NCBI GenBank assembly: GCA_002269645.1
Contig: NIVC01001797.1
Coordinates: forward strand, 1 to 64,000
DNA length: 64,000 nt
Origin: Macrostomum lignano
Taxonomy: Eukaryota
Reading direction: 5' to 3'
Shown here one piece after another: positions 1 to 10,418 of the stretch (position 1 is its first letter; the number at the start of each line of letters is the position of its first letter). A model generated the notes under the pieces. It ran no database searches and was not told where the DNA came from. It was given only the letters and a program-made list of their open reading frames with translations. The translations under genes and the position numbers were made by a program.

Positions 1-3000
1 TGACTGCCTACCAACAGAAGGCCTGTGTCAGCAAGGCTATTCGGGTGTCAAGAGCAGCCGTAAAGTTCATATTCGAGCCGCCGCATGCGGGACAGTACGC
101 CCTGGCCATCAGCTCTGGCGTTACGTGTCAGATGAAAGATTAAAAGGCAGCACGTTTGTCACTTACGCTGTTCACAGTCACAGAGCTGGGTCTCAGCCAA
201 TTTTATCCCGGATGGCCATGAAGATCTGAACGAATTCGGCTCCGTCAAGAAATGCGTGAAGAGGGGCTCAGCTCAGATGAGTCAGGCGAACTGAGGGCAC
301 GCCAATGGAGAAGCAACTTTCGAGATTACTGCACTAGAAGACAGGTTTGGCATAAGGTGAACACTATTGTTAAATTTCGTACGCTTCTACTAAAATTGAA
401 GGTTAGAATACTTCGAATACAGGTTTCTATTAGCAGGAAATTGGCAGCATAGTAGGCAATTATGAGAAGAGACACTAAAATAGAGACTGTAGCATTATTT
501 CTTACTTTTGAAATACAGGCGTAGCTACTGAACTATTACCAATTGCAGAAATCTGATGTGCCAAGCGCTGGTCCGGACAACAAGCCCCTGCCGACGAGCA
601 GCGTGCTCGTGTGGCGCGACATTCACCGCAACGCCTTCCTGTTCCTGGCGCCCGATTCCGGCTACTACGCTCTGGTGCTCTACGAGAACGGTCGGCCCGT
701 CGGCCAGTTCCTGGTGGACGCCAGCAGCGAAGCCAAGGACGGCGCGAGCTTCCCGCTGCCCGACTGAGCCGCGTCGGAGGTCTCGGACTCGCCGCTGCAA
801 GCAAGGCGAACGGGGAGGCTGTCGGCTGGTGCCACTGAGCCACCAAACGCCGTACGTTCGAACCGAAGAGTTCGAGCTGGCGATGCGCTTCGGTGTTGAT
901 GGCGCAGGCGAAGAAGGCGACGCAGGCATCGATCTGAAGTCGGAGATGCTGGGTATCGGAGCAGACGGAGGGACCGAGTCGGTCGGCGACTACTCGTTAG
1001 TGAGCGGTGTCGAGGGCGGCGGCTTCGAGGTGCGGTGCCGGTTCCCGAGAGCGGGCCACTACCTGCTACGCCTGTCGTTCCGAGAGAGCGGCGCGAGACT
1101 GGCGCCCGTACTTCACGTACTTCGTGCGAGCGGTGGGCCAGCTGGACGGATCTGCATCCGCGTTTCCGAGCCTCGGTGCGGACTGGCCGGTCGGCGGAGC
1201 GCTCATCGAGCCGCTGGACCGCACGCTGTCCGTTGGACAGCCGACGCCGATCCGCCTCCGTTCGAGGACGCCACAGCTGTCGGCGCTGTGGAGGTGGTCG
1301 ATGAGCGAAGCGGCAGTCGGGAGCCGTTGAGTCGCGACCCGCAGGACCCGCGGTTGTGGTTCGGGTCCGTGACGGCATCTGCGGGTAACACCGATGGAGC
1401 GAACACTGCGGGGAGCGGCGGCGTGACGGTGGTGGCCCGTGTCAACGACGGCGTTGAGAACACAGCTTGTAAAGTTCGACGTTGAGTCGGAGAGCAGCGC
1501 AGAGGCCAAGGCGGCGGCACTGCGCGAAGCTCGGGAGCTAAACGAGCGACGTCGGGTGGCCGAGGAGAATCGGCAGCGGAAACAGGAGAACCGACACCGC
1601 CGCGATAAGGGACTGGAGTCGCTGCCTGTTTGGGTACTTAAAATTGTTCTGCCATCGGTTTTATCTCGAAATGCATTTGTTCGAAATATTTTTGGTATTT
1701 TTTATCCTTTTCCTGACAGAGTCACGCTGAGGTGAGAGCTGCTGCCGATTTGGCTGCAAAAAGGCTGGCCTTGGCGTACGAGAAAGAAGAAAAAAGAGCA
1801 AAAGCTTTTGCGAAATCAGCTGCGGCAGAAAGAGCTCAGCTCAGAGCCTAGCAGCAGCAAAAGCAGCGGCTGAAGCCAAAGCGGCTTTGAAAGCGGCAGC
1901 AATGGAGGCATCAAAGTTGGCGGCTTTAGCACTCGCGGTGTCGAGGGCGGTGGCCGAGTCCCAATCGGCAGTATTGGCGGCTGCTGATGAGGAACTGGAA
2001 ACAAAGACCGCGGCTGATGCGAAGGATATCTCGGCGGCATCGTATCGATCGGAAATGACTGAGAAGGCGGCTGTCAAAGCCAAATTAGCGGCTGAGTCAG
2101 CGAACGACGTGGCAGCCGAATTGCAGGCGCTTGCAGCTGCAGCAGCAGAAGAAAAAGTGACTGCCAGTTCGGCAGCTGATGCGGCTTCAAAAGCGGCTGA
2201 GGCTGCAGCCTTCGATGCGGAGATCGCCGGTTCTCCGCTACCCGACGAGGCTGCAAAGTTTGCATCATCAGCGTCGCACGAAGCCGAAGCTGCTGCCAGG
2301 GCAGTCACCGAGATCGCTGCAAAGTCAGCCACCGAGGCCTCCATCGCGAAGAGGGGAGCCCGCATGGCGGCTGCTTCGGCGGAGACGGCAGCAAAGTCAG
2401 CTGCGGTTGCGGCTGCTGCAGCGCAGGAGGCCACAGAAGCGATTGCGGCGGAAAAAGCTGAGCTGAATTATTTGATTGCTGAGCTGGACGTGGCCTTGTT
2501 GGACCGAAAGTTAACTCGGGTGCGCAAGGCCGTTGAGTCGTTGGAGGCTCGCGAAAAGGAGCTGCGCGGCAGTCAGTCGAGAAAGCTGAAGGAGGCACAA
2601 CAGACTTTAACGGCGCTACAGAATAGAAAAGGTTCTGTTTTTCTGTTGACAAAACAAGTGGCAGTTGTGCTTAAATTCTGATGTATTACTGAAGGTAGCT
2701 TGTATTGTAAAACCGTCACATTAATTTGGCCAGTGAAAATTTCGATCCGTGCTCTATCCAACCTCCGCAGACCTCCGGGACGCCATGGCGGACGCTCAGC
2801 GAGCCCGCAGCACCGACCGCCTGCGCGCGTTGGTGCACCGTCTGGAGGCTGAAGCCGAGTCGCAGCCGCTGACGGAGGCGCAGCTGGCGCTGTTCCGCGA
2901 GGACCTGCGGCTCGCCAGAGAGGCCATCCAGCGAGATGACAAGCTGAAGCGAATTCCCTCACACCGGCTGGAGATGAGTCCGAAGAGTCTGTCCGAGCTG

Positions 3001-3983
3001 AAGCAGTACAGCCGGCCAGTGGAAACGGTGCACCGGACGGTGCAGGCGCTGCTGCTGCTGCTCGGGTACTACGAAAAGCGCACACGGGTGAGTCAAGGAC
3101 TACCCAAGTAGAAGGGCGGGAAACTACATTTTCGGGGAACTTTTTGAGAGGCTTGTTTTATTGAAGAAATACATTACGGAGAATGGAGATTTTCATTTTT
3201 TCAGCGTAAAATTTGTAATGATCCATTTGATGGCGGACAAACCCAATGATCATCTTTTGATACGACTTGATTTTCTGTTAGTTCTATAGATATTCGTAGA
3301 GCTTTTTTGTTCAGAAAGTTTGTATTTTGTGTTAATTTTATGAGCGCAATCCTAATTACATGTCCAAACATCGTAAAAATGACACAACTTAATTCATTCG
3401 CAATTTCGCATTGAGGGCGGAGAAGCTTTTTAAATGCTAGGTCGGTGTGTAGTGTACAGAGTGCAGAGCTTGTGTTCTATAGATTGTACTGTGCAGTCAT
3501 TTTGCTGCCCTCACTGGGTCTGTTTACTCGTGAACTTCTCCACGTTACCAACAGAAGTGGCACCGCTGCCAGCCGCTGTTGAAGAGCATCAACAAGTTTG
3601 TCGCGGAGTTTCAGCCGCGCTTCGTTGATCCGCGCATCGCCGCCCGAAGTTCGGAGATTCTGGGCAGCATCGACAAGCGCGAGATCGCCCTGCAGAGCGC
3701 TGCCGCCTTCGCCTTCTACCAATGGGTTCGTTTGAGGAATTTTTCTTGACAATGAGAGTGCAGCATGGCAGCCTGACTCCTTCATCAATCAATTTTACTC
3801 CAGGCGGTCAGGACCACGCAGTCCATCAAGGATGCGACCTCAGTGGACAGTTTTGTTCCAGCCAGCATGGTTCAGCAAAGGTGGATCCTTCGGGTCACGA
3901 TGGAGGAGGACTCTGCGTTGGACTTTCAAGACAAGGGCATTCGCAAGAAGAGTGCACGTCGTCCTCGGACTTCAAAAATTTGA
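1..3983 (+). CDS. KY/hillarin-type (transglutaminase-like family) gene, paralogue 1; 5' end lies outside the window. Ig-like beta repeats, Ala-rich helical region, C-terminal dynein-MTBD-like domain. Several frameshifts in 1-1900
   Basis: Exons approx 1-344, 519-1629, 1720-2631, 2771-3087, 3555-3725, 3804-3983 (TGA), with GT-AG borders. Motifs FEPPHAGQYALAI, FLFLAPDSGYYALVLY, CRFPRAGHYLLRLSF and GALIEPLDRTL resemble the C-terminal repeats of KY/hillarin proteins. The last three exons are in frame and colinear with paralogue 2 (LSELKQYSRP..VQALLLLLG / KWHRCQ / FYQW). Confidence 0.7.
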
Positions 3984-4480
3984 ACTTTAAACTCGCTCTT
4001 CTTTGCTAAAAGTAGGGCAAAGAGTATTTTAAAACTGAATTTTCAAACGCATTGAAATAATGGGAAATCATCTCAAGTGAAATTTTGCAGTCAAGTTTAT
4101 CAATCAATTGAGACTACCAGATTCAAACCTGTCGAATTCCATATGATTTTGTAAACATTACAGAAGATTTTGACTTTTTCATCGTTTTAGCAACATTCGT
4201 GTACTGTACGTGCTTTAAATACCTGCCGAAGTTTTTTCTGTGCAAACGAAAGTCCAAGACTGCCACAGACAACTTTTGGGCTTTCGACCACAGACGAAAT
4301 TTTGTCGGGTATTATAGAATTTAACCAGCACGAGTGAACGTGAAGGAATCCCATTGACATATGGCCAAGCATTCTTAAATGGAATTTACTGCACGGCTTG
4401 GGATTTACTGCACAGTCGCGTTATCTATCTATGTCTATGGCTAAAACCAGAAGAATGCTTTGCCCATAAATCAATGAATC

Positions 4481-4557
4481 TATCACTAGGTTTCGAGTGC
4501 GTAAATAGTCTTAGCACGAGTGCCATAGACTATTTACGCACTCGAAACCTAGAGATA
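4481..4557. repeat. Near-perfect inverted repeat (26-bp perfect arms)
   Basis: CTAGGTTTCGAGTGCGTAAATAGTCT (4486-4511) pairs with AGACTATTTACGCACTCGAAACCTAG (4527-4552). Confidence 0.9.
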
Positions 4558-4584
4558 AATCTACCATTGTTAGATGAGTCATCG

Positions 4585-6440
4585 CAGGGACAACTAAAAC
4601 CCTCGGGACGCAAAACGAGCCAATTCATGGCAAAAAATCTGAGGGGCTCGCTTAAAAGTATTGTTCTATGGCTTTTTCAAGTCTTCTCTGCTATCAGGCA
4701 AATTAAAATTGCTTTAGTTGCGGCCAGCAGTGAAGCTAAGCTGAACTATATCAAGAAAAGCATTTTTTATTCACTTGATGAAATGCCAAGAAAGTGCAGC
4801 GTATTTCCGTGCTCGTCAAATTACAACTCTGAAGCCGTTCGAACACGGACATTTGCGTTTCCCAGAGATCCACAGGAGCGAGAGCGATGGAGAAAGGCGC
4901 TGCCAAATATTCTCCAGGTAAGAAACCAGATCATTTGCTGTCATTACTGCTGCATAATTCCGCTTCAATTCTGCATGCCAGTCTCGTCCAAACAACTTGA
5001 AACCCAAAATTTATTATTTTAGAGAGTGACTGACAATATGGGCGTGTGCGTAAAGCATTGGCCAAGCGATGCTCCAATGGTCAAGAAAAACTCTACCGAA
5101 AGGCCAATTAATCCTCCTTCTGTTTTTAATGGAGTTCCTAGCTCGTGTTTTGTTCAGAACCAAGGTACGTAACTTAAAGATTGCTCAACACTAAGCGTCT
5201 ATATCGATTTTGCCGCTCACAATTATCTTACTTTTATTTTTACTCGTATTTTAGACCAGGACCGACAGGCCGAAAAGCGCGGTGTTCTTTCTGACGCGAG
5301 GTGCGGCGACATCGATGAGATGGACGCTTTTCAGCTGCTTGATTTTTTGCCGGCATGGGAAAGTTTTCGAGCTGAGGTGAAAAATTCGGATGTCGTATCT
5401 CGACATGCACTAAACACAGCTATTCTGAACGAAGACGTTTACTTGTTTACGTTAGATAAAGATGGAGACCTCTCTGTTCGAATTTTTGTCCCACCCAACT
5501 TTCTGATTCGTGCATTCAAACTGCATACACCGATTTCGGTTCGAGACTTGTTGGGATTTCAACCGACACTCAAGCGCTGGATGCTGTTGTCGTGCAGTGC
5601 AAAAATTCCGACGCCAATCCCCAAAGTGAAGTCGAAGCGTTTGTTAGTAGAATCAGTGATGATATAGATTCTGACTCTGATTTGGATCCGTCGCTTCAGT
5701 TTTTGATTCGACAACTTAGCCTTACATTAGTAAATCGGAACAATCGCCGCTATGACATTTCACTAGTGCGACAGTCAGCATTGCTCTACTTGATCAGTAG
5801 TTCGGCTTACTCTTACCTACGGAAGCTATTGCCATTGCCTCATCCCCGAACGCTGCAGCTGCAACTAGCAGGTACAGGAGAAGTTGGCACAGAAACCGAC
5901 GCAGCCGGTGTGATCCAGTCAGTTTTTGCTAGTCTATCAGGAGCTCAGCGAAACTGCGTAATATGTTTGACGAAATGTACATACAACCGTCCGTTCGATA
6001 TCGATGCCGTCACCTTCTGGGTCGAGCCGTCGACGATCCGGACCAGGTTCCTTTATGTACGAGCTACTGACTGTTTGTGTCGTCTTGTCCTTGGAGTTCC
6101 GTATTTGCTTCTATCTTCTTGCCGTTGGAGTTTCATCTTCGCTTTCATCCTTTATATTCTTGCCGTTGGAGTTATATCTTTGCTTTCATCTTTTATCTTC
6201 TTGCCGTTGGAGTTTTTTTGTTGATATGGCGGTTACTTTATTGTAAATAATTATATCACTGGTTCCTATTCTTTAAATTAAATACTCGACATTGCCTCGC
6301 TTTACTATTTAATCTAACCGTTAATGCCTGATAGCAGAGAAGACTTGAAAAAGCCATAGAACAATACTTTTAAGCGAGCCCCTCAGATTTTTTGCCATGA
6401 ATTGGCTCGTTTCGCGTCCCGAGGGTTTTAGTTGTCCCTG
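4585..6440 (+). mobile_element. Internally deleted P-superfamily (THAP9-like) DNA transposon, 1856 bp, 116-bp TIRs
   Basis: TIRs 4585-4700 and 6325-6440 (CAGGGACAACTAAAACC..., one mismatch seen). GAGTCATCG directly flanks both ends (4576-4584, 6441-6449). Encloses a THAP + P-type transposase remnant. Confidence 0.9.
4783..6050 (+). pseudogene. THAP-domain P-element-like transposase, frameshifted and truncated after the first catalytic Asp
   Basis: Exons 4783-4917, 5023-5164, 5255-~6050. THAP motifs MPRKCSVFPC..FAFPRD..RERW, CVKHW, PPSVF. P-transposase motifs SALLYLISSSAYSYLRKLLPLPHPRTL and (frameshifted) DEMYIQPSVRY..LLG. Frameshifts near 5590 and 5965. Confidence 0.85.
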
Positions 6441-6993
6441 GAGTCATCGTGAAGCAATGCACAAAACCGTGCAGGAATGCATTTCTTCGCCTAATGCTTT
6501 TTCAGTGAAATTTTACCATACTCGTTGACATCCACTCCTGCACGCAAAAGCGTGCAAGAATGCCATTCCTGCATGGAGAATCAGCCGACAATGAGACATG
6601 GACGCCATAGATATTTTTGAGCTTATCGAGGCTGATATAGCCTGGCTAAAAACACATAGCCGCAAATAATGAGACCAGTTTGATGGGTGCTGCACTCCAA
6701 TGCTCTAGATTTGCGACCTTCAACAAAGATCAGATTGCTGAAAAGATCGACGCCGCAGTGCCTGCCAATGCGAAGAGGAAGAAGAAATGGGCCGTCAAGC
6801 CAAATGAGCCGTCAAGTCCAGACATGAGGCCATCCTGAACGGCGGACACACTGGATTGCTGGTGCTCAAGCCAATTAAAGAGTGAAGCAACGCCGAATGG
6901 GCCTACTAGCTGCGGATGATTTGAGGCAGGACTTAATTTGAGACCAGTTACATGAAATCTGACCATAGACTACGCGAAAGTAAGGCATCCTAC

Positions 6994-7035
6994 CATGGAC
7001 TTCTATACTTAGCATGCTAAGTATAGAAGTCCATG
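6994..7035. mobile_element. 42-bp perfect palindrome with 8-bp TSD (micro-MITE, CATG termini)
   Basis: CATGGACTTCTATACTTAGCA|TGCTAAGTATAGAAGTCCATG flanked by CATCCTAC at 6986-6993 and 7036-7043. Confidence 0.8.
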
Positions 7036-7352
7036 CATCCTACGAAGAAGAAAGGCCAAGTTAAATAAGCCATTAGTCGGTTTTAAACGGTTTCAACGGA
7101 TTGGGCATTTCAGCCAAAAGTTGGGTAATTGAAATAATGATGTGACAGAATATATTTGAATGAGAATTCTCGGTGTAAAATGTGCGCGATGATTCATCAG
7201 TCTACACTAATGCGTTGCGTCACTGCACGGGAATATCGTGAGTCAGTCTGTGGAGTGTGGAATATAGTTAATACAATGGCTGCAAATTTCATCGGCATTG
7301 CAAGCAGAAGCAATAGCAGTTTAGAATGATGAGCGGCACGCTTAAGCAATCT

Positions 7353-8405
7353 TTATACACCAGGCGTCTTCCAGCACATGACGATATGGCGACCAATCTT
7401 GAAGAAAAATGACAGCCCAGGCTCGTGGCTATAGCTGGCCCAGTACTGTCCCGTAACCATGACAACGTGCCAAAGCTTGCCGAACTGGCCGTCCAGCTGC
7501 TGCTTCAGCCGGCCAGCGACATCTTTCTCATCTTTGCCGCGTCTCTGGGCGTCGCGAAATATTTCAGTCAGGTCCACCTGCATCTCTAGGCCCATGCTGG
7601 AGGCGATGACGGTGACGTCCTCCGGCAGCCGGTTATTCCTCAGACACTCGGCCTTGAGCTGGTTGAGTCGGTAGATTCGCCTATTTTAGGAAAATGCGAT
7701 GGGTTGCCTTCGTGCGTTACCACAAGTTCATTCGACGCATTGCACGAAGTTGGGTTTTGCGAGCTAATGATGACGCAGCAATAGATACTATGTGCTCTAA
7801 AGAATAAAAAGTTCAATTGAATCATGAAAAACAGTATACAGTCTTACGCTTGCTTCGGATTGAGTCCCAGAACGTTGCAGTATTCGTCCAGTGTAATCGC
7901 GCCGTCATCGTTCTCATCAAATAGCTTCATCCATTTCTGAAAAAGCGAATTCGGTAAATGCCATGACTTGGATGTTTGTGTGTAACTATTACTCAATACT
8001 ATCTGCGAGTCTGATGAATGCAGCTAAATAACATTTCAGCGACCATTTTACCTACCTTGATACCAACATAAGATCTGTTAGATCAGTTTAAACCCTTAAA
8101 TACCGGAGTCCGGATCACCGTGTGAATAATTACACAAAGCATTGGAAACACTGGAAGCTACAAACCTCGCCAAAATTGGCCTCAAACTGGCTGCTGCTGG
8201 TCATGTAGGCCGCTAATTCATCCGGTGTGATGGACTCGCTCCGATCCTTGTCGACCGCAAAGAACGCATCAAGGAAGGGATTCTGTGCAGCTGCCTCCTC
8301 TGCTGCGACGCGTCCCGGTGACAACGGCGGTGGAGCAGGCGATGTTGAGCCCGAAGCGGAGGCAGTGGAGTGCGCTGGCGACACAGAGAGCGACATGCTT
8401 CGCAT
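7353..8405 (-). CDS. Tegument allergen-like (TAL) protein: two EF-hands plus a dynein-light-chain-like domain, ~218 aa, 3 exons
   Basis: Exons 8405-8166, 7936-7848, 7680-7353 join in frame. EF loops DKDRSESITPDE and DENDDGAITLDE. C-terminus LPEDVTVIASSM..LDGQFGKLWHVVMVTGQYWASYSHEPGLSFFF..MCWKTP closely matches the Sm22.6/SmTAL pattern ([29 protein letters not shown]..WRTP). Confidence 0.9.
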
Positions 8406-8947
8406 ATAGAAATATAGCTAGTAGCCTTATTCCCAGCGGGTGCACTGCGTTTTCCACTACTGCTTTGTATTAAACCCTGGCTCTCCATGAGCAATGACTA
8501 AGCGCAGTCTAAAAATAAGCTGCAGAGCAGCGCTGTGTTCTCTGCATCGTCGCGATAATAAAAATGCCACTCCTGCAGAAGAACCCAGATTTAATTTGTG
8601 ATGCGAGATTAAGGCTGAGTCCCGATCAAGAACGGATCAAGGGTAGCTGGGGCCAGGACAGTTCAGGACTTCGCGTAAATAAAACATGCAAGTTTTCTAT
8701 ACTAGCCCACTTTTAACCACAATGCTTGGTTGCTCCAGCTTCTCTGAGCAGTTCTTAAGCTGATCATCCCTCATCCGCAATCTGTCTGCTGGCAACCTAG
8801 AGTCTCCACTGTTAAATTAATTATTTAAATGTTTCTTAAGTTACCCCTACCACCCGTTTCGCCTGATGACACTCCTAACCAATTTAGTAAATGGACGTTA
8901 GCGACTGCTAGAAAAACAAAGGAAAACAAACTTTGAAATGATTGACT

Positions 8948-8995
8948 CAAGGACCACTAGAAGTTACCGTTGTAGGTAACTTCTAGTGGTCCTTG
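8948..8995. mobile_element. 48-bp hairpin with 8-bp TSD (micro-MITE, CAAGG..CCTTG termini)
   Basis: 21-bp perfect arms CAAGGACCACTAGAAGTTACC with a 6-nt loop, flanked by GATTGACT at 8940-8947 and 8996-9003. Confidence 0.8.
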
Positions 8996-10418
8996 GATTG
9001 ACTCATCCCGTGAATCGACAAATCCAATATAAGATTGTTTAAAAGTAAATTTATGTCCATGTAGTGATAGAAAGCTTAGATATTACTACAAATATTCTGC
9101 ACGTTGCCTTTAAATCCTTTGACTGCCTGGGATCTTAAGTTTGGATATCCAGTTGTAAATTAGTTGCTGTTATGTTTTTTTTCTTTTCTCTAGGAATTTC
9201 TGCTGCTATATAGTGAGCTAAGTCGTTTTTATATACAGCAAGTTTTAGCCAAAGCATTTGAATTAGCGCATGTTTAGATGCATATTTTTTTAATCAAAAA
9301 CTATTGAATTGAAAGTAAATATTTAATTAAGATTCCGTTTCCTTCTGTCTAATATTCGAATGTGTAGAGCAGTGCCAAAGACTCCAATCAATATTTCAAA
9401 AGAATCTAAAAGATTTTCGCTATTTAGTAGTTTAAATATTTTTGCTAGAGCGACAATCTACAAAAAAGTTCAACAACGTTGAAATTTTTTGTTTGTCTTT
9501 TTGCAACTAAGGTTATCCGCGGCAAATTGACGTAGGAGCACATTAACAGGCAAGTCAGTGTTATTAACACTTTGAAATGGTACCGCATGTCGTGAAACAG
9601 GTCACTGATTCACTGTTATTAATTTTATACCTACTTCCCGTTCTCACCCAGAGTAGTTTTTTACTATAATATCTAAATATACTAAATCTCTAATATTTGT
9701 ATGCTTGTCCATAACGCTCTAGTAAGATATACTATTACTATGTTTCAAAGCACCGCACCACTTAGCTGATATTAGCAAAAATAAAACTTAAGCAATTCAC
9801 GTTGTCGTTTTGTTGATTATATTTTAGAATTTACATTTGCTACTTGCTACAAGTAAATATAGTATATGCATTTATAATTTCGAAATGCTGTTTTTAAGGC
9901 TGATTATTAGAGTTCTTAGGGGTGAATATGTGTTGCAAACTAGTCACGTGCAATCAGATACAATTAGATTGTACTCTTTCCAATTTTTGGGTTGGCTTGT
10001 TTTGCCTCTTTTTATTTCAAATTTTGTATTGCATTTTCATCCTCTTTCTGTATTACTTATTTTAAGACCTAAAGCATAGTCCTAAAAATTAAGGACTTTA
10101 GCTTATTGTTTTCTTAACTTAAAAATTTTAAATAGGCTTTTAAAATAGATTTTCTAATTCAAAGAGCTAAAATATTTAAACGGAGTTAGAATATCATTTT
10201 CATCTTTAATAATTTTAACCAACATATATAAAAACAATACCGTTATAATATTAATAACTTTGTTGTAACTGGAGCTATGAGTATTTTCCTATACTAAAAA
10301 CTGAAATACGTTAAATTACCATGCATAACAAAACGCTTGCTTTCCATGTTATGCCTTAGTTTCGCATTTTTATAGTGAATGATGATACACGTGTGTTTTC
10401 ATTCATGTTCCAAAGAAT

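Noticed and set aside
6450-6960. Coding-like fragments (MDAIDIFELIEADIAWLK; QIAEKIDAAVPANAKRKKKW) and a minus-strand hydrophobic ORF
   Set aside because: Interrupted by stops and not assignable; probably a decayed TE
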